Source: Puniceicoccaceae bacterium (lineage in GTDB: Bacteria; Verrucomicrobiota; Verrucomicrobiia; Opitutales; Oceanipulchritudinaceae). Taken from it: a stretch of DNA of 64,000 nt. Made by a program: the position numbers and the translations under genes. The notes under the pieces are model-generated. The model was not told the origin of the DNA. It saw nothing but the letters and a program-made list of their open reading frames with translations, and ran no database searches. Every line of letters starts with the position of its first letter. Within the stretch, counting starts at the first letter, position 1. Location of the stretch: positions 288,001-352,000 of the forward strand of contig JBFOMH010000017.1 of the NCBI GenBank assembly GCA_040830765.1, in the 5' to 3' direction. Positions 1-10,149 of the stretch are shown here, piece by piece.

Positions 1-185
1 TGCCGAAGATCCTGGAGATTGATCCAGAAGCGGTTGTTCTCATGCTGACCGGGCACGCCTCCCGCCACTTGGTTGAGGGAAGCGCCAAGGCCGGGGCGAC
101 ACACTACATCCGAAAGGATACGCCGCAGCAGGAGATCACCAGCATGCTGAAGGAACTATTCAGCGAGATTTTTGGGGAGGAATAA
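1..185 (+). CDS. Response regulator receiver-domain protein, 3' part (5'-truncated by the window edge)
   Basis: Frame from base 3 reads PKILEIDPEAVVLMLTGHASRHLVEGSAKAGATHYIRKD...EE* (TAA 183-185). The V-x-M-L-T and GA-x-x-Y-I-x-K pattern is the C-terminal half of a CheY-like receiver; no output domain follows. Confidence 0.8.
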   Translation, partial: PKILEIDPEAVVLMLTGHASRHLVEGSAKAGATHYIRKDTPQQEITSMLKELFSEIFGEE

Positions 186-188
186 AGC

Positions 189-389
189 ATGAGTGAGAAC
201 GAAGTCCCTGAAGGGGACCCGCATAAGCCAAACTTGCATGAGGTGCGCTATTCCCTGCGCGACCTTTTGGAAGAAGTCCAGGAAGAGCGCGAAGGATCGT
301 CCATCGGGCAGGAGATCGTGGACCAGACCGAGATCAGCAAACTTTTCAACAAGAGAAAGAAGGTACGCGGTGGACAAAAGGGAGAATAA
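189..389 (+). CDS. Small hypothetical protein (66 aa)
   Basis: ATG 3 nt after the upstream stop, with GGAGG about 8 nt before it; acidic helical core and basic tail; fills the gap up to the ATPase gene. Confidence 0.65.
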   Translation: MSENEVPEGDPHKPNLHEVRYSLRDLLEEVQEEREGSSIGQEIVDQTEISKLFNKRKKVRGGQKGE

Positions 390-2100
390 AGCATTTCTGG
401 ACAAGATCCAGCAGGGTGAAGGCACCTTCATCTCAGAGGATATCGAACCGATCCTGCAGCGCTCGGGCGGGGCTACCCTGGCATTCCTTGAAGAGCTGAT
501 AGAAAAGGAGCTCATCAGCAAGAGCCGCGCCTGCCGTATGTGGGCCGATTCGCTGGAAGTTGCCTATGTCAATCCCCTCATTGCGGTCGTAACGACTGAT
601 GCCGTGCAGCGTATTCCCTTCGAGATTGCCCAGAAAGCGCAGGTAATCGGCCTCTACGTCATCAACAACGTTCTCACGGTGGCGATGGCCCATCCCGAGG
701 ACAAACGCCTGCTGAAGCAACTGGAGGCCATTGCCAATGTCGAGGTATCGCCGGTCTTTGCCCCACCACGGGAAATTGAGCATGCCATCCAGATTTACTA
801 CCAGACCCAGAACAACGTCGAGGACATCGAGAATTTTGAGAAGGAGCAGGAAGAGCTCCTCCGCACCCTGACGGATGAGGACCTGAAGGACCTCGCCTCC
901 TCGAACAGCCTCAGTCGATTGCTCGATGGCATGATCTTCTTCGCTGTGCGTGAGCGGGCTTCTGACATCCACATGGAAGCTGGGGAGGACCATGCCACCG
1001 TCCGCTTCCGTATCGATGGCAAACTGATTCCCTACTATTCTTACGGCAAGGCCATCCACCGGGCCTTCGCGACCCGGATCAAGGTCCTTTGCCGTCTCAA
1101 TGTTGCGGAATCCCGTTTCCCGCAGGATGGCCGGTTTTCCATGCCTTTCGGGATGGGGCGGGCAGACTTCCGGGCCAGTTTGATTCCTACGGTCAACGGG
1201 ACAAAGGTTGTTCTCCGGATTTTGCCAGGGGTCAACCGTCGCGCGGTCATCAGCCTCGACCAGATGATGATGTCAACCAACATCATCGAACCCTTGAGGA
1301 GGCTTATCAAGAGTCCCAACGGGATCATCTTTGTCACCGGACCGACGGGTAGTGGTAAAACGACAACCCTTTATGCCGCGCTGGATGAATTGAATACGCC
1401 GGACCGGAACATTTCCACGATTGAGGATCCGGTGGAAATCAAGATCGATGGAATTACCCAATCCCAGGTCAATTCCCACATTGATCTCAATTTCGGGCTT
1501 CTGCTCCGTTCCATCTTGAGACAGGACCCGGATATCATCCTGGTTGGGGAAATCCGTGACCTTGAAACCGCCAAGATTGCCACCGAGGCGGCGCTGACCG
1601 GTCACCTTGTCCTCAGTACCCTGCACACCAACAACGCCATCCAGGCGATTCTTCGGATGATGGAAATCGGGATTGAGCCCTATATGGTCGCACCGTCGAT
1701 TATGGGTGTGCTTGGTCAACGCCTTGCCGCCCGCATCTGCGAGGGCTGCAAGCGGGCCTATTTCCCCGGACCAGAAGTCCTGGAGCGCTATTTCTACGAC
1801 ATTCCTGAGGATGTCAAAATCGCATTCTCGCAAGGTGTTGGTTGCCAGAGTTGCCGGCAGACAGGTTTCTCAGGGCGTATCTCCTTCCACGAACTACTGC
1901 TCGTTGATGATGCCATGCGAAGCATGATCAGCAGTGGGATGGGGCAGCACAAGCTGCTTCAGTATGCCACCAAGCTGGGATACCGCAGCCTGCGTTATGA
2001 CGGGTTCAAGAAGGTTCTCCTCGGGCTGACGACGATCGAGGAAATTGAAAAACATACCGTTCTGGAATGGGATCCTTCCATGGTTCAGGAAGAGGACTGA
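370..2100 (+). CDS. GspE/PilB family secretion/pilus assembly ATPase
   Basis: Walker [51 protein letters not shown] motif, Zn-binding CEGC...CQSC. Start placed at GTG 370, since the ORF-track extension overlaps the small ORF. Confidence 0.93.
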   Translation: MDKRENKAFLDKIQQGEGTFISEDIEPILQRSGGATLAFLEELIEKELISKSRACRMWADSLEVAYVNPLIAVVTTDAVQRIPFEIAQKAQVIGLYVINNVLTVAMAHPEDKRLLKQLEAIANVEVSPVFAPPREIEHAIQIYYQTQNNVEDIENFEKEQEELLRTLTDEDLKDLASSNSLSRLLDGMIFFAVRERASDIHMEAGEDHATVRFRIDGKLIPYYSYGKAIHRAFATRIKVLCRLNVAESRFPQDGRFSMPFGMGRADFRASLIPTVNGTKVVLRILPGVNRRAVISLDQMMMSTNIIEPLRRLIKSPNGIIFVTGPTGSGKTTTLYAALDELNTPDRNISTIEDPVEIKIDGITQSQVNSHIDLNFGLLLRSILRQDPDIILVGEIRDLETAKIATEAALTGHLVLSTLHTNNAIQAILRMMEIGIEPYMVAPSIMGVLGQRLAARICEGCKRAYFPGPEVLERYFYDIPEDVKIAFSQGVGCQSCRQTGFSGRISFHELLLVDDAMRSMISSGMGQHKLLQYATKLGYRSLRYDGFKKVLLGLTTIEEIEKHTVLEWDPSMVQEED

Positions 2101-2146
2101 TTCCCAGAACGGTCCAGACAGTCTAACTTATGGCTCTTCCTCCAGG

Positions 2147-3409
2147 ATGAACGGGGTTGCAGGCAGCATTGAGCGTGTCAAACTGCAGCTCAACCGCTTT
2201 GCCACCTTTACGGTGGATGTCATATACGGGCGCCGGACGGGAAGGGGTGCGGTCATCTGGGGTTCCGTCCTCTTTCTCCTGAGCCTCGTATTCCGTGGGA
2301 TCACCTACATTCGGCGTCAACTTTACCACTATCGGATTTTCCGCGCCCAGCACCTGGGTTGCCTGGTCGTGGTCGTGGGCAATCTCACGGTCGGGGGGAC
2401 CGGGAAGACGCCAGTAGTTGAGAAGCTTGCCCGAACCCTTCATGACAAGGGCCGCAAGGTAGCGATTCTCAGTCGTGGCTACAAAAGCAAGAAGGAGCCA
2501 TTCTGGGGTAAATGGCTTCGTTGGCTGCTGCACAAGCCGCCTGCACCTCCACGGGTAGTCAGTGACGGGACGACTATTTTTTTCGACTCTGAAGTTGCAG
2601 GTGACGAGCCCTACATGCTGGCGCGGAACTTGCCGGGGGTCGTGGTGGTGACCGACAAGGACAGGGTCAAGGCGGGACTCTATGCAATCCGGAAATTCGG
2701 GGTTGATACCCTGATTCTCGACGATGGCTTCCAGTACTTCCAGCTCAAGGATCACCTGCAGCTCCTGCTTATCGACAAGACCAATCCGTTTGGCAATGGG
2801 CACCTGCTGCCCCGTGGCTTATTGCGGGAACCTGTTCGCCAGATGGAGCGTGCCTCCTACGTGTTCCTGACAAAGTCCGAGGAAAAACCCTCCGAGGAAT
2901 TGCTCGAGACACTGCATCGCCACCGTTCCGAAAGCGAGTGGATTGAGTGCTCCCATCAGCCAAAGTACTTGCAGTCGGTCTTTGGCGACGACCAGCTTCA
3001 GCTGGACTGGCTGGAGGGAAAACGGGTCGGGGCCCTCAGCGGTATTGCCGTCCCGGAAAGTTTCGAGACCTTCCTTGATAAGCTTGGGGCCACTACCATT
3101 GAGCCGTTCCGCTTTCTGGATCATCACCGCTTCTCCGATCTGGAGCTGCGTCAGGTGAAGCGGAAAATAGCCGATGAACGTCTCGATGTGCTGGTGACAA
3201 CGGAAAAGGATGCCGTCAGGATAACAAAGGAATTCGATCCGGGATTGCCGTTCTATTTCCTCCGGGTGGAAATCAACCTCCTTTCCGGAGCCAATAACTT
3301 TGAGGAAGCTGTCCGGCGCATTTGCTTTCCGCGGCAGGCCTCTGATGCCGACCGCTGGGAAAGTGGCCTGACCCGGCCGCCTTTCCCTGCCGCCGAACGC
3401 CGGGCATAA
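2147..3409 (+). CDS. lpxK: Tetraacyldisaccharide 4'-kinase
   Basis: [40 protein letters not shown] and TTEKDAV motifs. Start taken at ATG 2147. Confidence 0.93.
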   Translation: MNGVAGSIERVKLQLNRFATFTVDVIYGRRTGRGAVIWGSVLFLLSLVFRGITYIRRQLYHYRIFRAQHLGCLVVVVGNLTVGGTGKTPVVEKLARTLHDKGRKVAILSRGYKSKKEPFWGKWLRWLLHKPPAPPRVVSDGTTIFFDSEVAGDEPYMLARNLPGVVVVTDKDRVKAGLYAIRKFGVDTLILDDGFQYFQLKDHLQLLLIDKTNPFGNGHLLPRGLLREPVRQMERASYVFLTKSEEKPSEELLETLHRHRSESEWIECSHQPKYLQSVFGDDQLQLDWLEGKRVGALSGIAVPESFETFLDKLGATTIEPFRFLDHHRFSDLELRQVKRKIADERLDVLVTTEKDAVRITKEFDPGLPFYFLRVEINLLSGANNFEEAVRRICFPRQASDADRWESGLTRPPFPAAERRA

Positions 3410-3463
3410 TATATTGGAAAATCCTTTGCCGAATTCCATCAAATGTGACCAACATGGATTCCT

Positions 3464-4246
3464 ATGGAGATCACTTTCCTTGGTACGGGAACATCGCAGG
3501 GCGTTCCCATGATCGCACATGATCCCGGCGACAGCTGCGACTTGTCTGACAAGCGCAACTGGCGGACCCGGACCAGTGCCCATGTGAAGATGGGTGGGCA
3601 ATCCCTTCAGGTGGATGCGGCTCCTGAATTCCGTCTGCAATGTATCGAGAACAACATCGACGTGATTGATTACTTTTTCCTGACCCACGGGCATGCCGAT
3701 CATATCATGGGGATGGATGACCTGAGGCGGTTTATCGATCTCCGTGGCGGAACAGCCTTGCCTGTCTACAGTTCCGAGGAAGGCCTGCAGCGGGTGGCCA
3801 ACATTTTCCCCTATGCCATAAGGCCGAAACCGGAATTCAAGGGATATCCCGCCTTTGCTCTGCAACCCATGCCGGAAGTCCTTGAGCTTCCCTCCGGCAA
3901 GGTGGCCTTTACCCCCCTGCCGCATGGACGCATGGAGGTTATGGGGCTCGTCTTCACCGAAAAGGAGAGTGGCCGGAAGCTGGCCTACTACACGGATTGC
4001 AAGCGCTTGACGCCAAAAGCCAAGGAGTTGGCTGCGGACGCAGACCTTGTGGTCCTCGACGCGCTTCGCCCGATGCCCCATCCAACCCACATGACCCTGC
4101 ATGAGGCTATCGAAACCGCCTTGGAGTTGTCTGCCCCGCAAACGTTCTTCACCCACATGACCTACATGATCGATCATGCCCGGGACAGCAGGAAACTACC
4201 ACGCGGTATGGCCTTCGCCTATGATGGCCTGAAGGTCACCATCTAG
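3464..4246 (+). CDS. Metallo-beta-lactamase fold hydrolase (PhnP/YycJ-like phosphodiesterase)
   Basis: FLGTGTSQGVP N-terminus, THGHADH (HxHxDH), YTD, HPTH and AYDG motifs. Confidence 0.9.
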   Translation: MEITFLGTGTSQGVPMIAHDPGDSCDLSDKRNWRTRTSAHVKMGGQSLQVDAAPEFRLQCIENNIDVIDYFFLTHGHADHIMGMDDLRRFIDLRGGTALPVYSSEEGLQRVANIFPYAIRPKPEFKGYPAFALQPMPEVLELPSGKVAFTPLPHGRMEVMGLVFTEKESGRKLAYYTDCKRLTPKAKELAADADLVVLDALRPMPHPTHMTLHEAIETALELSAPQTFFTHMTYMIDHARDSRKLPRGMAFAYDGLKVTI

Positions 4247-4252
4247 GCAGAT

Positions 4253-4627
4253 TCAGTTGCCTCCCTTGAGGGCGATACGGTGAATGTGCTGGCATTCCTC
4301 GATACTGCCCAGAGCAGTCAGGATACGCGACTCCATGAAGCGGATTTCACTTCTCAAGGTGGGGTTGGCCACCTGGATGAGAAGCGTACCCTTGTCAATC
4401 CGCTCCGGCCGGCAGCGCCTTGCCAGGGTCTTTCCGACAATGCGTTCCCAGTTCTCGAGCACGGCTTCTTCCGGAGTGTGCTTTCCAATGTGATACTTCT
4501 CGATGCAAATTTCCAGCAGGCTATCCAACGGCTTGGACCCGGGGCCCTTCAGGTTACCAGGATCATCCGGTAGATTGCGTAGGCTGGCAATCATCCGCTC
4601 AACTTCCTCTGGAAAGGGTTTTTTCAA
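4253..4627 (-). CDS. dciA: DUF721/DciA family helicase-loading protein
   Basis: W-x-x-IVG-x-x-LA-x-x-x-RP-x(6)-L-x-I-x-V pattern typical of the DUF721 KH-like domain; TTG start 11 nt after lpdA. Confidence 0.7.
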   Translation of the reverse strand: MKKPFPEEVERMIASLRNLPDDPGNLKGPGSKPLDSLLEICIEKYHIGKHTPEEAVLENWERIVGKTLARRCRPERIDKGTLLIQVANPTLRSEIRFMESRILTALGSIEECQHIHRIALKGGN

Positions 4628-4638
4628 AACAGTCTTCC

Positions 4639-6039
4639 TTAAAGGGAATGAATGGCCCTTCCATCAACGGCAAGGGCCGCTTCCTTGAGCGACTCACTGA
4701 TTGTCGGGTGGGCGTGGATGGTTCCGGCAAGGTCCTCTGCACTGCCTCCGTATTCCATGTGGGCGACAAGGGATGCGATTATCTCGGAAGCACCGGAAGC
4801 GACTATCGCAGCCCCGAGGATGCGATCATCATCAGCTGCGGCAATGACCTTGGCCATGCCACTGGTAGCGGCTTGGGCAATTGCCCGACCATTGGCAAGA
4901 AGCGGGAAGGTTCCCACCTTGTATTCAATTCCGCTTTCCTTCGCCTGGCGTTCGGTCATGCCAACCGATGCGATTTCCGGTTCCGTGTAGATGACATTGG
5001 GTACCCGGCTGTAATCAGCATGCCCTGCCTTGCCGGCAATCAATTCAGCCACTGCAACGCCATCCTCCTCAGCCTTGTGGGCCAGCATCGGACCTTCAAT
5101 GACGTCACCAATGGCCCAAATGCCATCAACCGTTGTCTTGAATCCGGACACCGGGATCCGTCCCTTGTCGTCCGGTTCGATCCCCACCTGCTCAAGCCCG
5201 AGGTTTTCGGTGAACGGTTTGCGGCCCACCGCGACCAGAACTTTTTCCGCTTCAAAAGTGACAGCCTTACCCTTCTTTTCCGCAGTCACAGCCACCTGAT
5301 CCCCCTTGATTTCACAGCCCGTCACCTTGGTTGAGGTATGGAAGCTCATCCCTTGCTTTTTAAAGGTCCGTTCGGCCAGCTTGCTGACATCGTCATCCGA
5401 GCCGGCCGCAATGGTTGGCAGAAACTCGACAAAGGTCACCTCGGACCCCAGACGGGACCAAACGGACCCGATTTCCAGGCCAATGGCTCCGGCCCCGATC
5501 ACGAGAAGGGAAGAAGGGATGGAATCAAAGGCAATAGCCTCGGTACTGGAGACAATCCGTTGACCATCCATCTCAATGAACGGCAGGGTGACCGGGACCG
5601 AACCTGTCGCGATTACGATGTTATCCGCTTCCAGTTGAATGGGTTCTCCCTCTCCGGGGATGACGTCAACTTTACCCTTTGAGGCGATCCGGCCCATTCC
5701 CTCAAAGACAGCGATCTTTCTTTTGGAAAGGAGCGTTTCCACTCCCTTGCGAAGTTGGTTAACAACGGCTGTTTTGCGCTCCATCAGCTTTCCAACGTCG
5801 GGTTGCAACTTCTCAAATACCAGACCGTGGGCTTCCCCGTGCTGGGCCTCGTGGTACAACTCCGTCGAGTGGAGGAGGGCCTTGCTGGGGATGCATCCCA
5901 CGTTCAGGCAGGTGCCCCCAAGATGGGGGTCCTTCTCCACAACAGCCGTACGCAGACCCAGTTGTGCGCAACGGATGGCGCAAACGTAACCTCCCGGCCC
6001 TGAGCCAATAACAATAACATCAAATTTTTCTTCTGCCAT
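4639..6039 (-). CDS. lpdA: Dihydrolipoamide dehydrogenase (E3)
   Basis: [23 protein letters not shown] redox disulfide, [13 protein letters not shown]. Confidence 0.97.
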   Translation of the reverse strand: MAEEKFDVIVIGSGPGGYVCAIRCAQLGLRTAVVEKDPHLGGTCLNVGCIPSKALLHSTELYHEAQHGEAHGLVFEKLQPDVGKLMERKTAVVNQLRKGVETLLSKRKIAVFEGMGRIASKGKVDVIPGEGEPIQLEADNIVIATGSVPVTLPFIEMDGQRIVSSTEAIAFDSIPSSLLVIGAGAIGLEIGSVWSRLGSEVTFVEFLPTIAAGSDDDVSKLAERTFKKQGMSFHTSTKVTGCEIKGDQVAVTAEKKGKAVTFEAEKVLVAVGRKPFTENLGLEQVGIEPDDKGRIPVSGFKTTVDGIWAIGDVIEGPMLAHKAEEDGVAVAELIAGKAGHADYSRVPNVIYTEPEIASVGMTERQAKESGIEYKVGTFPLLANGRAIAQAATSGMAKVIAAADDDRILGAAIVASGASEIIASLVAHMEYGGSAEDLAGTIHAHPTISESLKEAALAVDGRAIHSL

Positions 6040-6050
6040 GGTCTTGCTGG

Positions 6051-7253
6051 TTATATTTCAAAGAGCAGGCGGGCCGGATCCTCAATCGCCTGCTTGAGGG
6101 CGACAAGGAAGGTAACTGCTTCCCGGCCATCGACGAGACGGTGATCATAGCTCAGGGCCAGGTACATCATTGGGCGGATGACAACTTCCCCGTTTACCGC
6201 CATGGGCCTGTCTTGAATCGTGTGCATTCCGAGAATGCCCGACTGGGGCGTGTTCAGGATGGGAGTGGAGAGCATGGAACCGAAGATTCCTCCATTACTG
6301 ATGGTGAAAACACCACCCTGAAGGTCATCGATGGTGATTTTGCCATCCTTGGCCTTGTTGGCGTAGCCGATGATATCCTGTTCAATGGTTGCGAAGGACT
6401 TTGTCTCGCAGTCCCGGACAACGGGAACCATCAATCCCTTGGGGGTACTGACGGCCACCCCAATGTCGTAGTAGTTATTGGTGACAATCTCGTCCCCGTC
6501 CACCTGGGCATTGATTGCCGGTACTTGCTTGAGGGCGTGGACAGCTGCCTTAACGAAGAAACTCATGAAACCCAATTTGACCCCGTGACGCTTCACGAAA
6601 GCTTCCTGATGCGTCTTGCGATAATTCATGACCGCACTCATGTCGACTTCGTTGAAGGTGGTCAGCATGGCTGTCGTCTGCTGAGCCTCGACCAAACGCT
6701 TGGCGATGGTCCGGCGCAGCGGTGACATCTTCTTCCGGGTGGTCCGGGAGATGGCGGGCGGGGTTGCCGGAGCTTCCGTTCCGCTTCCCGGCTTCCCGGC
6801 TTCCTTCCCTTCGATTGCCTGCAACATGTCACCTTTTGTGACACGCCCTCCCTTGCCGGTGCCACTCACCGATTCCGGTTCAATGCCTGATTCCGCGGCC
6901 AGGCGCCGGACTGACGGTGGGTGCTGACCCGATGGGGGCCTTTGCTTCTCGTCTTCCACGGAGGCCTCTCCAGAAGTCGGTTCAGGAGTCTCCACCTTGT
7001 CGCTCTCCGGCTTGCTGGCGGACTCGTCGATGACCGCGACAACGCTCCCAATTTCGACCTCGTCGCCTTCATCTGCCTTTAGTTCAATTGTCCCGGAGAC
7101 TTCGGCTGCTCCTTCTGAAGTGATTTTGTCGGTTTCGAGGTCATACAATGGTTGACCGGTTTCCACGTAATCACCGTTCTTGACGTGCCAGGCGGCAAGG
7201 ATTCCGCTGGTTATGGATTCACCCAGGGTGGGGATTTTGACGTCGGTAGACAT
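6051..7253 (-). CDS. sucB: 2-oxoglutarate dehydrogenase E2 (dihydrolipoamide succinyltransferase)
   Basis: Lipoyl domain ETDK, E3-binding [35 protein letters not shown]. Confidence 0.96.
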   Translation of the reverse strand: MSTDVKIPTLGESITSGILAAWHVKNGDYVETGQPLYDLETDKITSEGAAEVSGTIELKADEGDEVEIGSVVAVIDESASKPESDKVETPEPTSGEASVEDEKQRPPSGQHPPSVRRLAAESGIEPESVSGTGKGGRVTKGDMLQAIEGKEAGKPGSGTEAPATPPAISRTTRKKMSPLRRTIAKRLVEAQQTTAMLTTFNEVDMSAVMNYRKTHQEAFVKRHGVKLGFMSFFVKAAVHALKQVPAINAQVDGDEIVTNNYYDIGVAVSTPKGLMVPVVRDCETKSFATIEQDIIGYANKAKDGKITIDDLQGGVFTISNGGIFGSMLSTPILNTPQSGILGMHTIQDRPMAVNGEVVIRPMMYLALSYDHRLVDGREAVTFLVALKQAIEDPARLLFEI

Positions 7254-7268
7254 ATTCCGTTCGTTCTC

Positions 7269-10013
7269 CTAGTTGATGGTAAAGGCGTCTTCAATCAATT
7301 GTTGTTGCTCAATCTTGTGGACCGCAAGGGAGCCAACAGCCGTGCTGGCGGCCGCATCCCGACCGGCGTAGGCGGGACGCCTGCCTGTCACGTCCTCGAT
7401 GTAGGGCAGCAGGAATCGCCATGCCCCCATATTTTCCGGTTCTTCCTGGCACCAGACAAGGGTCTTGAACTTTCCGTAGGGCTTGAGCACCTCTGCCAGC
7501 AAATCCTTGTTGAACGGATAAAACTGCTCAACCCGGACGATGGCGGTGTCCTTTTTCCCATGGGCCCGTCGGTACTCCAGCAGCTCATAGTATATCTTGC
7601 CGGAGCACATGATAACCCGGTTGGGCGAGGTAATGGAGTTGTCGCTCTCCGGCAAAATCGACTTGAAACAGGTGTCGGTGAATTCCGCGATTGAGGAGAC
7701 CGCCTCCCGGTGCCGCAGGAGGCTTTTGGGAGACATGATGACAAGCGGTTTGCGGAAGGCGCGGTGCATTTGCCGGCGCAGGATGTGGAAGAACTGTGCC
7801 GGCGTGCTCAGGTTGGCGACTTGGATGTTGTCCTCCGCGCACAGTTGCAGGAAACGCTCCAGACGCGCGGATGAGTGCTCCGGACCCTGCCCCTCGTATC
7901 CGTGGGGAAGGAGCATGACCAGACCGGAGACCCGCTGCCATTTGGATTCCGAGCTGGAAATGAACTGGTCGATGATCACTTGGGCCCCATTGACGAAATC
8001 CCCGAACTGGGCCTCCCACATGCAGAGCATGTCCGGGAAATCGAGCGAGTATCCGTAGTCAAACCCGAGGACAGCCGCTTCGCTCAAGAGCGAGTTATGG
8101 ACACAGAGCATTCCCTTGCGATCCTCCATTTCCATCAGGGGAACGTATTTCTCGCGGGTTTCCGTATCGAAAAAGATGGCATGCCGTTGGGAGAAGGTTC
8201 CCCGGACGCAGTCCTGGCCGGACAACCGGACATGGTATCCCTCGAGCATGAGGGTTCCCCAGGCCAGGGACTCGGCGAAGGCCCAATCAATTCCCTTGTC
8301 CTCCTCGAAATTCTGCAACTTGGTTTCCAGTTGCCGCAAAATCTTGCGGTTCAGGTTGAATGAATCCGGAAAGCGGGTTAGGGCCCGGGCCACGGTTTCC
8401 AGTTCCCCGGCTTCAACCGCAGTCGGAATGTCCTCAAAGGCGTAACTTGGCTGGTAGACCCGGGCAGCCTCTTCAGAGACGGGCGCTTGTGGAACCGAGG
8501 CCATTTCCTTCTGCTTCTCATAGAAATGTTGCAGGTCGCCATGGCGAAGGTCCCGGATGGCCTGGACCTCCTCCGGCTTGAGGACGCTGGCATCAAGGAG
8601 CTTCCTGGAGTAAATGTCGCAGACTGTCGGGTGGTCCTTGATTTTCTGGTACAGGGTCGGCTGGGTGAAGGCCGGCTCGTCTGACTCGTTGTGACCGTGG
8701 CGTCGGTAGCAGTACATGTCGATGACGACGTCTTTGCCGAATTCCTGACGAAACTCCAGGGCCGTCTCCATGACGCGCACAACCGCCTCCGGATCGTCAC
8801 CATTGACGTGGAATATCGGGGCTTCAATCATCTTGGCCACGTCGGTGCAGTAAAGCGAGGACCGGGCTTCCGAAGGGTCTGTCGTGAATCCAATCTGGTT
8901 GTTGATGATGAGGTGAATAGTTCCACCGGTGCTGTAGCCTGGCAGCTGGGAGAAGTTCAGGACCTCGGCGACGACTCCCTGGCCGGCAAAGGCCGCATCC
9001 CCGTGGATAAGGACCGGGAGCACCTTCTTGCGGTCTGGCAGGTCATTAAGGATGCGCTGACGGGCCCGTGCCCGGCCTTCGACGACTGGATTCACTGCTT
9101 CCAGGTGGCTCGGGTTGGCCGCCATGAAGAGGCGCATAGCCTCTTTGCGGGTATTCTCGACCGTTGCCTCAAAGCCGAGGTGGTACTTCACGTCCCCGTC
9201 GCCATGCAGGGTTTGGGGGAGATAGTTCTCTGAAAACTCATGGAAGATGTAGGCGTAGCTTTTACGGAAGACATTCGCCAGCACATTGAGACGGCCACGG
9301 TGCGCCATTCCCATGACCAGTTCCTCCAGCCCGAGGGAGGGTCCAATCTCAATCAATGTGTCGATGGCCGGGATTACCGTCTCCGCACCTTCGAGTCCAA
9401 AGCGCTTCTGGCCGACATAATTCTTGTGCAGGAAGCGCTCGAACTCTTCCGCCTTGATGAGCCGATCCAGAATACGATGGCGCCGATCCCGGTCCATCGT
9501 GTCGGTGGTGCCGTCCTCCGGCTCCAGTTTGGACTGCAACCACCGGCGTTCAGGCGTCTCCTGGATGTGCAGGTACTCAATGCCTACCGGGCCACAGTAG
9601 ATTTTCTGCATCCGCTCAATCAGCTCCCGCAGCGACATGCGCTTTCCATCGAGGAAGTTGCCGGTCCAGAATACCTGATCCAGATCCGCCTCCCGGAAGC
9701 CGAGGCGCTCAAGGGTCAGGCGCGGATTTTGCGGCACTTCCTTGAAGAGGGGATTGATGTCAGCCTGAGTGTGCCCGATCGACCGGTAAGCGTAGATGGC
9801 CCCCGTGAAGCGTGCCTGCTTGATGGCCATGTCCGTATCCCCTGCCTCCAGGGTCGTTTCCGGCAGGGCTCCGGCGGCTTCTCCCCCAAGGGCATATCCT
9901 TCGAAAAATGCCTTCCATAAGGGATCGAGACTTTCCGGCGCTTCCCTCCATTGGATGTACTTCTCGTCAATGAGGTCGGCGTTCCAGCGATTGGCAAATG
10001 TTAAGTTACTCAT
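7269..10013 (-). CDS. sucA: 2-oxoglutarate dehydrogenase E1
   Basis: GMAHRGRLNVL, GDVKYHLG, HGDAAFAGQG, WEAQFGDF, LPHGYEGQGPEHSSARLERFLQ. Confidence 0.97.
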   Translation of the reverse strand: MSNLTFANRWNADLIDEKYIQWREAPESLDPLWKAFFEGYALGGEAAGALPETTLEAGDTDMAIKQARFTGAIYAYRSIGHTQADINPLFKEVPQNPRLTLERLGFREADLDQVFWTGNFLDGKRMSLRELIERMQKIYCGPVGIEYLHIQETPERRWLQSKLEPEDGTTDTMDRDRRHRILDRLIKAEEFERFLHKNYVGQKRFGLEGAETVIPAIDTLIEIGPSLGLEELVMGMAHRGRLNVLANVFRKSYAYIFHEFSENYLPQTLHGDGDVKYHLGFEATVENTRKEAMRLFMAANPSHLEAVNPVVEGRARARQRILNDLPDRKKVLPVLIHGDAAFAGQGVVAEVLNFSQLPGYSTGGTIHLIINNQIGFTTDPSEARSSLYCTDVAKMIEAPIFHVNGDDPEAVVRVMETALEFRQEFGKDVVIDMYCYRRHGHNESDEPAFTQPTLYQKIKDHPTVCDIYSRKLLDASVLKPEEVQAIRDLRHGDLQHFYEKQKEMASVPQAPVSEEAARVYQPSYAFEDIPTAVEAGELETVARALTRFPDSFNLNRKILRQLETKLQNFEEDKGIDWAFAESLAWGTLMLEGYHVRLSGQDCVRGTFSQRHAIFFDTETREKYVPLMEMEDRKGMLCVHNSLLSEAAVLGFDYGYSLDFPDMLCMWEAQFGDFVNGAQVIIDQFISSSESKWQRVSGLVMLLPHGYEGQGPEHSSARLERFLQLCAEDNIQVANLSTPAQFFHILRRQMHRAFRKPLVIMSPKSLLRHREAVSSIAEFTDTCFKSILPESDNSITSPNRVIMCSGKIYYELLEYRRAHGKKDTAIVRVEQFYPFNKDLLAEVLKPYGKFKTLVWCQEEPENMGAWRFLLPYIEDVTGRRPAYAGRDAAASTAVGSLAVHKIEQQQLIEDAFTIN

Positions 10014-10149
10014 TTTTCAGGTTAACAATTAGCCATACATCCTTACATACAAATGCTTGGCTGACAACCTGATGTGGAGACGAAGCCGCAATCATTAATA
10101 AAAGGAATGCGACGCAGAAGCGAGATTAGCGTAGCTGCACGGGCTGCAG

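Noticed and set aside
193..369. ORF-track N-terminal extension of the ATPase (also those given for lpxK, mutS, glmS, trpE, mreB)
   Set aside because: The extensions overlap neighbouring genes or precede the conserved N-termini; downstream starts fit better.
10014..10149. Possible sucA leader RNA
   Set aside because: Only a short GCTGCA/TGCAGC hairpin and a weak AGCCA/TGGCT pairing were seen; no recognisable match to a known sucA motif.
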